Shown: positions 15,269 through 23,267, counted from the first letter of the stretch. The stretch is 64,000 bases of DNA from Candidatus Uhrbacteria bacterium (GCA_016206085.1 JACQSF010000034.1:26-64025); one strand, 5' to 3'. Notes: generated by a model from the sequence alone, not told the origin. A program made the numbers and translations.

Positions 15269-16618
15269 TTAAACGATAAGCGGAAGTGGTTGAATTTCAC
15301 TCGGACGTCCTAAAACCACGTCCTCTATACGATACGCTCCATGGGTCGGGGCTTCAATATAGCCATTCCAAGCCATGCGGGCGACCCCCCCTGAGGCGAT
15401 CCAGTCAAATAACCATTCGCTAGCGTATCGAGGATCATTTTGGGAAACCCCCCCTCCCACATAAGTGAGCCAGACGCGATTGAATTCCTCTTGTGAGCCG
15501 ATCGGGGGAGCCATCACAATGCCAATCCCAAGTCCACAATAAAATGAAAGCTCGCTGGGCTTGGTCCAAAGCATGTCCGTGGTCTTGAGCGTTTCTGTAA
15601 AATCTGAAAAATAATCTGCCCGTGACGCATGCTCGGGCACACAAATCCACTCCCCGAGTTCTTTTTTGAGTCCAACTTCTTTTACGGCGTCACGATAATA
15701 AGAAACAGCATCACGCCGATACCCGGCCATGAGATTCACGCGCAACTCATGTCTGGCGATACGCGACTTGAGGCTCTTCAAAATTTTCACACCCAAAGCC
15801 CGTTGTGCTCCGGCTCCACCAACCGAGTACGTCAATGTGAGAGGATGTGCGGATGTGGCTCGTTTACAGCGAGCCGGACCCAACTCCGTTTGGAGCGTGC
15901 GTTGATAGCGTTCGTGAAAAATTCCGTTTGGATCAAGATTACACAAACGCTCGGTCAGAAGATCTTTAAGAATCTCTCCCTCTGAACCACCGACAAGTTC
16001 CTTTGGTAGCGGAAACCCCGTGAGAAAAATATGGTCGGCGCGAACCCCATAGAGTTTTAGACGCTCCACGACGCGACCATTGCTGGCCAGATATTTGATA
16101 CGACTCTGTTTTGGATCCAACGGTGCCCAGGCACGCGAAATGTCCGCATCGGTTGTCACACACCAAATGTCACCAGGATAGTCGTAATAATCAGCGAAAA
16201 AAGCGGGAATGAAAAATGTTGTCACGAGCGGGAGAGGGTTGTGTGAAAGTTTATCGATAAGGTGCCGTCCAAACCCACGGTGGATCATGTGGAAAATTTG
16301 ACGGAGTTGAATATTGGGCTTGGAAAGGTCACGGCGTGGATAGAACAAAGGGATCTCCTGCCAATGATCCATCGTTTCAAATAAAAACTTACCAACCACG
16401 GGGAGAGGTTTCATCCTGGAGATGAACTCATACAACTTCCGACTTTCCTGCCAACGCGAGCGGTCCTCAGCCGGTATGCCAGCATAGTCATTGGCAGAAA
16501 GAATATTTCCACCGCTAAGATCCTTGAGCGCAAACGCCGCACGAGAATGCCCATAACCCATGTTGACGTCGACGACCCAAGCTCGCGCAGCGCCGCCATT
16601 GTGCGAATGTTTCACCAT
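15269..16618 (-). CDS. Conserved hypothetical protein (possible GT-B / MGDG-synthase-like N-terminus)
   Basis: NMGYGHSRAAFAL resembles the GGGHxxAAxAL motif of GT28-type enzymes. The functional assignment is weak. Confidence 0.55.
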   Translation of the reverse strand: MVKHSHNGGAARAWVVDVNMGYGHSRAAFALKDLSGGNILSANDYAGIPAEDRSRWQESRKLYEFISRMKPLPVVGKFLFETMDHWQEIPLFYPRRDLSKPNIQLRQIFHMIHRGFGRHLIDKLSHNPLPLVTTFFIPAFFADYYDYPGDIWCVTTDADISRAWAPLDPKQSRIKYLASNGRVVERLKLYGVRADHIFLTGFPLPKELVGGSEGEILKDLLTERLCNLDPNGIFHERYQRTLQTELGPARCKRATSAHPLTLTYSVGGAGAQRALGVKILKSLKSRIARHELRVNLMAGYRRDAVSYYRDAVKEVGLKKELGEWICVPEHASRADYFSDFTETLKTTDMLWTKPSELSFYCGLGIGIVMAPPIGSQEEFNRVWLTYVGGGVSQNDPRYASEWLFDWIASGGVARMAWNGYIEAPTHGAYRIEDVVLGRPSEIQPLPLIV

Positions 16619-16621
16619 ACC

Positions 16622-17356
16622 CTAGAAAAACGTGCGCTCATCAGAGGCACAGATGATGGTCAGCGCTTCTTGAGCAGAATCCACAACCTGAATGAGCTTG
16701 AAATCTTTTGCCGTGATGGTTTTATACTTCCCGACCTGTATCTCTTCCATCCAAGCAAACAGACCAGACCAAAACTCTTTTCCAACGCAGATGACTGGTG
16801 TTGCTTGCATCTTTCCGGTTTCAATTAACGTCACGATTTCAAACAGCTCGTCGAGGGTTCCAAAGCCTCCAGGAAAATAGACGTAGGCCTGAGCCGAAGC
16901 CGCAAGCATGACTTTGCGTGTAAAAAAGTAGTGAAACCCCCGACCCTTGGTGACGAAAGGATTGATGCGCTGTTCGGTCGGGAGTTGAATATTAAGACCG
17001 ATCGATTCACCACCACCTTCTTTCGCTCCCTTGTTTACAGCCTCCATCATTCCAGGCCCACCACCGGTAATGACCGTAAATCCAGATTCGGCCAGAAGCC
17101 GGCCAAGTTTTGTGCCTTCCTTGTACCATCGGTCGTTCTTCTTTGTGCGTGCGGAGCCAAAGAACGTCACCTCACGGCTGGACTCAGATAAAAACTGAAA
17201 CCCCTCGACAAACTCCGCCATAATGCGAAAGATGCGCCAGGTGATTTCGTTGAGGCTTGTTGGCTTGGTGGGAGTCTCTCCTGGAGCCAGGGGCAAGCGA
17301 CAAACAAGCGGTTTTGGTGAATCGTTCAACATATCGGATTTCTTTTTTGTCGACAT
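16622..17356 (-). CDS. LOG family protein (TIGR00730; nucleotide 5'-monophosphate nucleosidase-like)
   Basis: GGGPGMMEAVNKGA and PGGFGTLDELFE signature motifs. Confidence 0.85.
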   Translation of the reverse strand: MSTKKKSDMLNDSPKPLVCRLPLAPGETPTKPTSLNEITWRIFRIMAEFVEGFQFLSESSREVTFFGSARTKKNDRWYKEGTKLGRLLAESGFTVITGGGPGMMEAVNKGAKEGGGESIGLNIQLPTEQRINPFVTKGRGFHYFFTRKVMLAASAQAYVYFPGGFGTLDELFEIVTLIETGKMQATPVICVGKEFWSGLFAWMEEIQVGKYKTITAKDFKLIQVVDSAQEALTIICASDERTFF

Positions 17357-17461
17357 AGCTTCCTTATTTTAGCACAATGCCGATTCTTCTGAAATTTAAT
17401 ACCCTCCAAAGCTCAGAAAGCGAGGGAGGGTCGTTGGGGGTGGACACACTAGAGGTATGGA

Positions 17462-18772
17462 TTAGACGCTTCCTGCGGGAACGGCGCAACCACCGTCGTT
17501 GAGACCGCGCCATCCACCTTCGTTACAACGATCACAAATATCGCAGTTGTTGCAACCGTTGCATATCAGACAGATGTCGCACATGATGCAGGGATTGCAG
17601 AAGTTGCAGGAGCCGGCCGCTGCAAAGGATTCAGCTCGCAGACCTGACGCCTCGATCCCCCGCAGGAGCGCCAGATTGTAGGCGCAGCTGATTTCTGCGG
17701 GCTCGCTCAGCGTGCCGGTTGCCGACAAATTTTCAGCCCAGCAACCGCCACGACAGGCCCCGAGCGCGGGACAGCGGTGACAGCGTTCCGGAACCTCGCG
17801 GGTGTTGAAGAGCGCCCGGAGTTGGCTCCAGGAACCAGGGCCCTCTCCGTCCAGCGTCCGCAGTTCGTAGCCTTCCCAGTTGGACTGGCCTGTGAATCGG
17901 TGACAGGGGAAGATGCGCCCATGGATATCGATTCCCAGGAAAGAATGACAGGCTCCGCAGTGGTACCCATCACCCGCTGGTGGGTGCAGCAGCAGACGGG
18001 CGTAACTGTCGATGGGATGAAGCCTACTCAGACTAGCGAACTGGGTCAGACGAGCCTCCCCGATCAAGCGCGTCTGTTCCTGAACCACCAAGAGCAGATC
18101 CGAACTCCAGGTCTGACGATCGAAGGCTGGGAAGGCGGCAATCGTTGTGAAACCCAGAGATTGCAGATGACGCACGCCGTCAAACATCTGTCCGACTGTT
18201 GCCGGAGTGACGGTCATTCGCGCGCCACGCAATGCGCCGCGTTCACGCAAAATATCCACATGTTGCATCACCGTGCTGGAAGAACCACGCCCACCAGCGT
18301 ACGGCCGATTCCGGTCATGACTGACCGGACAACCGTCAACGGAACAGTGGAAGGCACCACCGGCCTTGAGCACACGCGTCGCGCGCTCGGGGGTCAGCAG
18401 GGTCAGGTTCGAAGTCATGCTCCAAGAGAAAGAAAGACCCTTGTTGGAGCAACGACGGCTTAGCTCACTGGCAAGGCGCAGCGCGTCATCAAGAGCAATC
18501 AAGGGCTCGCCACCCATAAAAGCTACGGTCAGCCCACCGTGCTCAGTGATGACTGGCCAGAGAACTTCCATCGTCCTGAGAACCGATGGAATGTCGACTC
18601 CTTTGCTTCCTGCCGGGCCCTTGTAGCAGTAGGCACAAGCCAGGTTGCAACGTTCAGTGACGTCGATGGTCAAAGCAAGCGAACTGTCGGACGTACCAAT
18701 GGGACTGACTTCAGGCATGGAGACTCCTTGAGAATCCAATCTTGATGCTAGGCCAATAATAGCCATTGTCAA
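17462..18772 (-). CDS. Radical SAM / SPASM-domain enzyme with a C-terminal (Cys-x-x)10 repeat tail
   Basis: CNLACAYC (CX3CX2C). SPASM: C-x14 with G-x4-C (CHSFLGIDIHGRIFPC), then CHRCPALGACRGGC, then ISC. Tail has Cys at aa 389, 392, ...416 (nt 17525-17608). Start is TTG 18772 or ATG 18766. Confidence 0.85.
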   Translation of the reverse strand: MTMAIIGLASRLDSQGVSMPEVSPIGTSDSSLALTIDVTERCNLACAYCYKGPAGSKGVDIPSVLRTMEVLWPVITEHGGLTVAFMGGEPLIALDDALRLASELSRRCSNKGLSFSWSMTSNLTLLTPERATRVLKAGGAFHCSVDGCPVSHDRNRPYAGGRGSSSTVMQHVDILRERGALRGARMTVTPATVGQMFDGVRHLQSLGFTTIAAFPAFDRQTWSSDLLLVVQEQTRLIGEARLTQFASLSRLHPIDSYARLLLHPPAGDGYHCGACHSFLGIDIHGRIFPCHRFTGQSNWEGYELRTLDGEGPGSWSQLRALFNTREVPERCHRCPALGACRGGCWAENLSATGTLSEPAEISCAYNLALLRGIEASGLRAESFAAAGSCNFCNPCIMCDICLICNGCNNCDICDRCNEGGWRGLNDGGCAVPAGSV

Positions 18773-19293
18773 GGTTCAATCGATCCTGGCTCTGGTTGAG
18801 CTTCTGGAGTGGCGAGAAATGTCATGAGAATAACGGATTGTTCTGAATCGACGGCCTGGGTGTCTGTATCCTCGCGGAACTGTCCATCCCCGTCGTCTTG
18901 ATAGAGCATGGCGTAATAGACCTTGTTCTCAACAAGCGGTTCACCTAAAGAGACGGTAAGGTGTTCCCCGCCGGTTTGAAGCAATACCGATTCGCCGACG
19001 ACGGATCCAGGAACGCCACCATCGTCGTTGTAGATCACGATATATCCAGGGACAGATAACACGACGAAACCCACAAGGACTGAGGAACTACCACTCTTTT
19101 GATTCTCCACGTAAATGGCGTTTCCACCCAAATCAAGCATCCCCTCAAACTTCGTATAGCGGGTCGGCTCCGGAACGCTGGATTCCTGCGGAGCAGAAGG
19201 TGGGGCTGAGGGCTCGGAGACAAAAATGGTCGCCACGAGAATGACGACGATAAAAAAGAAAAGAATCCAAAGTTTTGGGACGGCTTGTCGCAT
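18769..19293 (-). CDS. Membrane-anchored extracytoplasmic hypothetical protein
   Basis: N-terminal TM LWILFFFIVVILVATIF, Pro/Ser linker, beta-rich domain. Its stop overlaps the rSAM start (TTGA). Confidence 0.65.
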   Translation of the reverse strand: MRQAVPKLWILFFFIVVILVATIFVSEPSAPPSAPQESSVPEPTRYTKFEGMLDLGGNAIYVENQKSGSSSVLVGFVVLSVPGYIVIYNDDGGVPGSVVGESVLLQTGGEHLTVSLGEPLVENKVYYAMLYQDDGDGQFREDTDTQAVDSEQSVILMTFLATPEAQPEPGSIEP

Positions 19294-19372
19294 ATGGCTC
19301 TAGTTTAACACAGGAGACTAGACAGTCTCAGGGGCTTCGGCTATACTCCCCTCGTCAATAATTCTCTCTTGT

Positions 19373-19618
19373 ATGTCCAAATCCTGCATCATTACGGGCA
19401 AAAAGACCTCCACTGGACAGCTTGTCTCCCACTCCAACGTGAAGGTCAAGCGCAAACTCTTTCCGAACCTCCAAAAGAAACGGCTGGTCAATCCAAAGAC
19501 TGGCAAAACGGTGACGGTCATGATCTCTACTCGAGGTCTTCGAACGCTCAAAAAATGGGATCGCGAAGGAAAGACGTACGATCTCGGCGCCCTCAAAGCA
19601 CAAAATAAACAAGCATAA
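19373..19618 (+). CDS. rpmB: 50S ribosomal protein L28
   Basis: MSKSCIITGKKTSTGQLVSHSNVKVKRKLFPNLQKKR matches the bL28 signature. Confidence 0.9.
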   Translation: MSKSCIITGKKTSTGQLVSHSNVKVKRKLFPNLQKKRLVNPKTGKTVTVMISTRGLRTLKKWDREGKTYDLGALKAQNKQA

Positions 19619-19621
19619 AAT

Positions 19622-19644
19622 CAGCCTCTGGGGGCTGGTTTTTT
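19622..19644 (+). terminator. Rho-independent terminator of rpmB
   Basis: CAGCC-tctggg-GGCTG followed by GTTTTTT. Confidence 0.6.
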
Positions 19645-19697
19645 CTTGAACCTTGACTTCTCATTTTTTAACGCTCAAAGTCGTAGGGAGGTGCGTG

Positions 19698-20138
19698 ATG
19701 ATCCATGAGTTCTTTACCCTTACGGTAAGCCGCTCGCTCTACCGGGTGAGTGATGAGCGCGACCAGAACGGTTGGCCAACGGTGGTCAAGATCGCGGATT
19801 CCGGGACAAGCAATTTCGGTCTTGGAAATCGGCTGGGTCGTGGTCGTTTCGTCGCCGTCACACCCGGCGGGATCGCTCTCTACGCCGCGAATACGGATTC
19901 ACAAGGTCATCCTCAATCTCCATATGAGGTGAGCACCCGTCATTGGGGCGGCACAACAAGCGCTGTCGTCGGTCTTTTTCTTGATGAGCATGAGGCGCGA
20001 GAGGCGTTCTTGGCCAAGTTCCTGAAGTCCTGCGACCCACGCTGGCATGCTCAGACTCGTGCGGTTCTCGCCGCCATCGAACATCACCCGGTCTTCATCC
20101 AGGTTCCCTTCCACGAACTTCTTCCCCCAGCTGCCTAA
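19698..20138 (+). CDS. Hypothetical protein (146 aa), GC-rich orphan
   Basis: GGGAGG lies 6 nt upstream of ATG 19698 (MIHEFFTL...). No recognised motif. Confidence 0.6.
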   Translation: MIHEFFTLTVSRSLYRVSDERDQNGWPTVVKIADSGTSNFGLGNRLGRGRFVAVTPGGIALYAANTDSQGHPQSPYEVSTRHWGGTTSAVVGLFLDEHEAREAFLAKFLKSCDPRWHAQTRAVLAAIEHHPVFIQVPFHELLPPAA

Positions 20139-20148
20139 CCCCCACGCT

Positions 20149-20178
20149 CTGCCGTCCCAACGGCAGATTTTCTTTTTT
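20149..20178 (+). terminator. Rho-independent terminator
   Basis: CTGCCG-tcccaa-CGGCAG followed by ATTTTCTTTTTT. Confidence 0.7.
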
Positions 20179-20244
20179 GGACACCCCTCACCGGCTAATT
20201 TTTGTAGAAGCGCGATGCGACTTCCTGTCGACCATGATGAAAAA

Positions 20245-20281
20245 GGGTACTTTTTTTCGCAGGTGAGAAAAATCGTCACCC
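20245..20281. repeat. 37-nt site containing the 18-nt core TTTCGCAGGTGAGAAAAA; partner of 20818-20855
   Basis: GGGTAC-TTTTTTTCGCAGGTGAGAAAAATC-GTCACCC. It overlaps the stop codon of the Cas2-like gene. Confidence 0.7.
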
Positions 20282-20896
20282 TTTTCTCTGGCCAATGTAG
20301 ACTTGTACCCACCTCTCAACCTTCGCCTTTTGAACAAAGGCAAGAACCTCTCCAGTTACATCCTTGTCTGTCTGCCAAACACTCTGCTGCACCTGTTCAA
20401 AACCGATTCGTTTCAAAAAATACCTTAAGCCATCTCTCCCGGAACCGGCATCCAAAGGGATGTCATACATAACTAAGCAAACAGAGCCGCTTGGAAGTTT
20501 GGGTCTTTCCTGGATCAATCTCCCCAGCAACTCCTCCCTGCCTTGATCTGTAAGTTCGAAAAGCAACTTCTTCTCTATTTTTTTCGTTTTGATGAATTTT
20601 TTTCGCCGGAGATACTTGAGTCGCTTGCGGAACGCCTGTTCTCGCTGGAAATGTTCCTCAGCTAGTTTGTGTTCGCCTTCGTAGCGATACTTCCGCCGTC
20701 TGGCCCACTGTTCGAACATCTCCGAAGCCTCAGTCGTTGCCCCGTCAATCCATCTCAGAAGATCTGTCACCGCCTCTCTTCCGGTAGGTTCGTTTTGATT
20801 CTTCTTCTCCTCCATATGGGATACATTTTTTCTCACCTGCGAAATTTTGTCACCCATTTTTGCACATGTCGGATGTCTTCTTTCACTTAACAACAT
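20276..20896 (-). CDS. Cas2-like / PaaX-C-like ferredoxin-fold protein with coiled-coil N-terminal extension; start uncertain
   Basis: C-terminal VCLVMYDIPLDAGSGRDGLRYFLKRIGFEQVQQSVWQT resembles the Cas2 core (LVxYDI...R..v.k.L...G..vQ.SVf). Alternative starts are M14, V21 and M28. Confidence 0.5.
   Translation of the reverse strand: MLLSERRHPTCAKMGDKISQVRKNVSHMEEKKNQNEPTGREAVTDLLRWIDGATTEASEMFEQWARRRKYRYEGEHKLAEEHFQREQAFRKRLKYLRRKKFIKTKKIEKKLLFELTDQGREELLGRLIQERPKLPSGSVCLVMYDIPLDAGSGRDGLRYFLKRIGFEQVQQSVWQTDKDVTGEVLAFVQKAKVERWVQVYIGQRKG
20818..20855. repeat. 38-nt site carrying the reverse complement of the 18-nt core
   Basis: GGGATAC-ATTTTTTCTCACCTGCGAAATTTT-GTCACCC. Positions 20827-20844 are the perfect reverse complement of 20255-20272. 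Confidence 0.7.
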
Positions 20897-20910
20897 CCTT
20901 CTTTTTAAAT

Positions 20911-21035
20911 TAGGACTTTCTCATTTGGATGAGATGCGCCGTGCTGGAGTCAAGAAAAACTGCAAACGTAGTGCAACCTACGGTGAGGATTTTTCTTGGC
21001 GAAGCACAAGCAGATCGCCAAATGAGAAAGTCCTA
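20911..21035. repeat. Long nested hairpin element A (125 nt), member of the ATGAGAT...AGATCG family
   Basis: TAGGACTTTCTCATTTGG (20911-20928) is the perfect reverse complement of 21018-21035. Inner stems are GTGCT/AGCAC, CAAGAAAAA/TTTTTCTTG and CGTAG/CTACG. Confidence 0.7.
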
Positions 21036-21038
21036 TAA

Positions 21039-21064
21039 ATGTAAAAGCACCCGAGTGGGTGCTT
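21039..21064 (-). terminator. Rho-independent terminator of the frameshifted gene
   Basis: Minus sense: AAGCACCC-actc-GGGTGCTT followed by TTAC ATTT. Confidence 0.6.
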
Positions 21065-21081
21065 GAGCGAGGAAGGTATCC

Positions 21082-21775
21082 TCAGTGTTCGGTGGTGAAT
21101 CGGAACGGGCCGGTGGCCGTGACGCGCAGGCGCCACGGGTACCGGCTCTCCTCGACCGTGGGGTCGATCCAGGACTCTCGGACGATCTCACTGGTGACGT
21201 GAACCCCACAGCGAGTGTACGCGATCTCATTGAGAATCCAGTCTGGCCTCCTATCGAAATGGAGGAATGACTGTACACCCAGGTGCCCACACGTGATGCG
21301 GGCTGTCGTCGTAGACCTCACCCTGGGCGATGCCCAACGCAAGCAGATCTTTCCAGACCCAGGCGTCGCCACAGAAGTCAGGGTCGATCTCGTGAGGATC
21401 AAACCACAATTCAGCAAGGCGAACGCGGATCCCTGGTGGATCCACAATGAGGAGCGGTTGAGGAAGCTCTGGTCGTCTTCTGAAAAACGACACAGCCCCC
21501 TCTGGTCCCCATGTCTGAATGAGGAACGGTTGCTCACCCAGGAACGATGCGAGAGACTTCCCGCAGAAGGGGTCACGAACACGACCACCTACGACGAGCG
21601 TCTCATCGAAGTCGATGAAGCGACATGCTGCTGCTATGCGGCCACGAATCTCCTCCGCGGTCAGGCCTCGCGGCCACTTGACCCGCGTAACCAAATCTTT
21701 GTCCGAGAGCACACGGCTCTCGGGTCTTTCCCGCACCATGTGCCCTCCTTTGTGGGACAAACAAAAATACCCCAT
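21082..21775 (-). pseudogene. GC-rich hypothetical gene split by a 1-nt frameshift (ORFs 21251..21775 and 21082..21588)
   Basis: Both ORFs look coding only in their non-overlapping parts. The frames must switch between about 21254 and 21300. Could be a sequencing error. Confidence 0.5.
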
Positions 21776-21799
21776 TTTTTGGCGTATGTCAATGATTGC

Positions 21800-22942
21800 C
21801 TATGAAAACAGCCTTATTGACAGGCTGTTTTCTATTTGGGCGATGAGGTCGTCCAACCCTTGGTGCTTGGTTGCTGAAATCCAAAGTGGTGGATGCTCCT
21901 CGTGTGTCTTGTCGATGCTTACGCGAGCCTCCGAGGATGTCTGGTCGTTTTTGTTGAAAACGACTATCCGCGGCGTTGACGCGACACCAAGACGCTCGAG
22001 GATCTCGTCCACAACCTTCATCTGTTTGAGCCAGTTCGGATCACTCCCGTCCACGACATGAATGAGCAGGTCTGCGTCGACGGCCTCGGAGAGTGTCGAA
22101 GAAAAAGCGTTGAGAAGCTCGGGGGGTAGATCCTTGATAAAGCCTATCGTGTCAGAAACCAGAGCCGTCCGAGGACGATCAATTGTGTCCGATCGGACAA
22201 AATTGATTCCTGGTAAAAAAAGCTGTCCGACTCGGGTATCAAGTGTGGCAAAGAGTTCGTCGGCCGCATATTCTTTTCGACCGGTAAGGGCGTTCAAAAG
22301 CGTCGTCTTTCCAGCATTGGTGTACCCGACAATCGACACCGTCTTAAAACCCTGACGAGAACGATGACGGCGCGCGAGGTCACGACCGTTCTGATAACCC
22401 TCAAGTTTTTCCTTGATCTTTCGTTCCTTCTCGCGAAGGTGTCGCTTCATGCGCTCGATGTTCGTCTCTCCAATTCCGACCGTTCCGATTCCACCTCCTT
22501 GTCGGGAGAGCTCCATCCCCATACCGAAAATTCGCGGCCCCATGTGCCGCACGCTCGCCAGCTCAATCTCAAGCTTCGCCTCGGTCGTCTTGGCATGCTT
22601 GGCGAAAATCTTGAGAATGAGATCAACGCGATCCCAAACCTGCACCCCATACGGTCGCAGCCTCTCGCTTAGGTCGTACACCTGTCGAGGTTTGAGTTGT
22701 GCGTTCACGATCAACAATTTGGCACCCAACTGTTTAGCTTCCTCTCCCACAAGCGTCACCTTGCCTGTCCCGATGTACGTTTTTGGATGAGGGGCAAATC
22801 GTTTCTGCCACGCCTTCACGATCACAATCCCACCATAGGTATTCACCAACTCCTCAAGCTCAACCATCCGCTCCATCGCATGACGCTTGAGCATTTTTGG
22901 ATGGATGAGATCAATCAAGATCGCTTTTTGTGTTTTATCCAT
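21800..22942 (-). CDS. hflX: GTPase HflX
   Basis: HflX N-terminal domain plus G-domain: G1 GYTNAGKTTLLNALTG, G3 DTIGF, G4 NKND. Confidence 0.9.
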   Translation of the reverse strand: MDKTQKAILIDLIHPKMLKRHAMERMVELEELVNTYGGIVIVKAWQKRFAPHPKTYIGTGKVTLVGEEAKQLGAKLLIVNAQLKPRQVYDLSERLRPYGVQVWDRVDLILKIFAKHAKTTEAKLEIELASVRHMGPRIFGMGMELSRQGGGIGTVGIGETNIERMKRHLREKERKIKEKLEGYQNGRDLARRHRSRQGFKTVSIVGYTNAGKTTLLNALTGRKEYAADELFATLDTRVGQLFLPGINFVRSDTIDRPRTALVSDTIGFIKDLPPELLNAFSSTLSEAVDADLLIHVVDGSDPNWLKQMKVVDEILERLGVASTPRIVVFNKNDQTSSEARVSIDKTHEEHPPLWISATKHQGLDDLIAQIENSLSIRLFS

Positions 22943-22944
22943 AT

Positions 22945-22966
22945 AAGAAAACCGCCTATGCGGCGG
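22945..22966 (-). terminator. Rho-independent terminator of the HU gene
   Basis: Minus sense: CCGCC-gcata-GGCGG followed by TTTTCTT. Confidence 0.6.
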
Positions 22967-22985
22967 CTTCTATTGTACCTGATTT

Positions 22986-23267
22986 TTAGAGGACAGAGTC
23001 CTTTGCGCTCTTTGCAACGCGGAACTTCACGACCGTCTTGGCTGGGATGGAGATAGACTCCCCAGTCAATGGGTTGCGTCCCTGTCGAGCAGCACGTGCC
23101 TTCTTTACGAGCTTACCCAGTCCCGGGAGGTTGAACTCTCCGCCCTGTCGGACCTCCTTGAGGGCCATCGCGACGAAGGCATCCCACTTCTCTCCGGCGT
23201 CTTTCTTGGAAAGGCCGAACATTTCTCCGAGGCTGGCCATGAATTGGCTCTTAGTCATTTTTGCCAT
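22986..23267 (-). CDS. hup: HU family DNA-binding protein
   Basis: FGLSKKDAGEKWDAF...GEFNLPGLGKL...ARQGRNPLTGESISIPAKTVVKFR, typical HU/IHF fold signature. Confidence 0.9.
   Translation of the reverse strand: MAKMTKSQFMASLGEMFGLSKKDAGEKWDAFVAMALKEVRQGGEFNLPGLGKLVKKARAARQGRNPLTGESISIPAKTVVKFRVAKSAKDSVL

Noticed and set aside
17378-17512. Plus-strand ~44-codon ORF in the spacer downstream of the rSAM gene, as a possible precursor peptide
   Set aside because: It is on the opposite strand to the operon, has no RBS, runs antisense into the rSAM 3' end, and lacks Cys-rich or leader-like features.
20276-20896. Cas2-like protein as an indicator of a CRISPR-Cas locus
   Set aside because: No direct-repeat/spacer array and no cas1 or effector genes appear anywhere in the 64 kb. 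The similarity is limited to the ferredoxin-fold core also found in PaaX-C/VapD-like proteins.
20929-21038. Small ORF (MRRAGVKKNCKRSATYGEDFSWRSTSRSPNEKVL) inside hairpin element A, and ATG of the shared ATGAGAT motif as a start codon
   Set aside because: The equivalent frames in elements D and B terminate after a few codons and encode unrelated peptides. The conservation is at the nucleotide and structure level.
21082-21775. Two genuinely overlapping genes (168 aa and 174 aa)
   Set aside because: The 338-nt overlap, the same strand, and the fact that each ORF looks protein-like only outside the overlap fit one gene with a 1-nt frameshift better.
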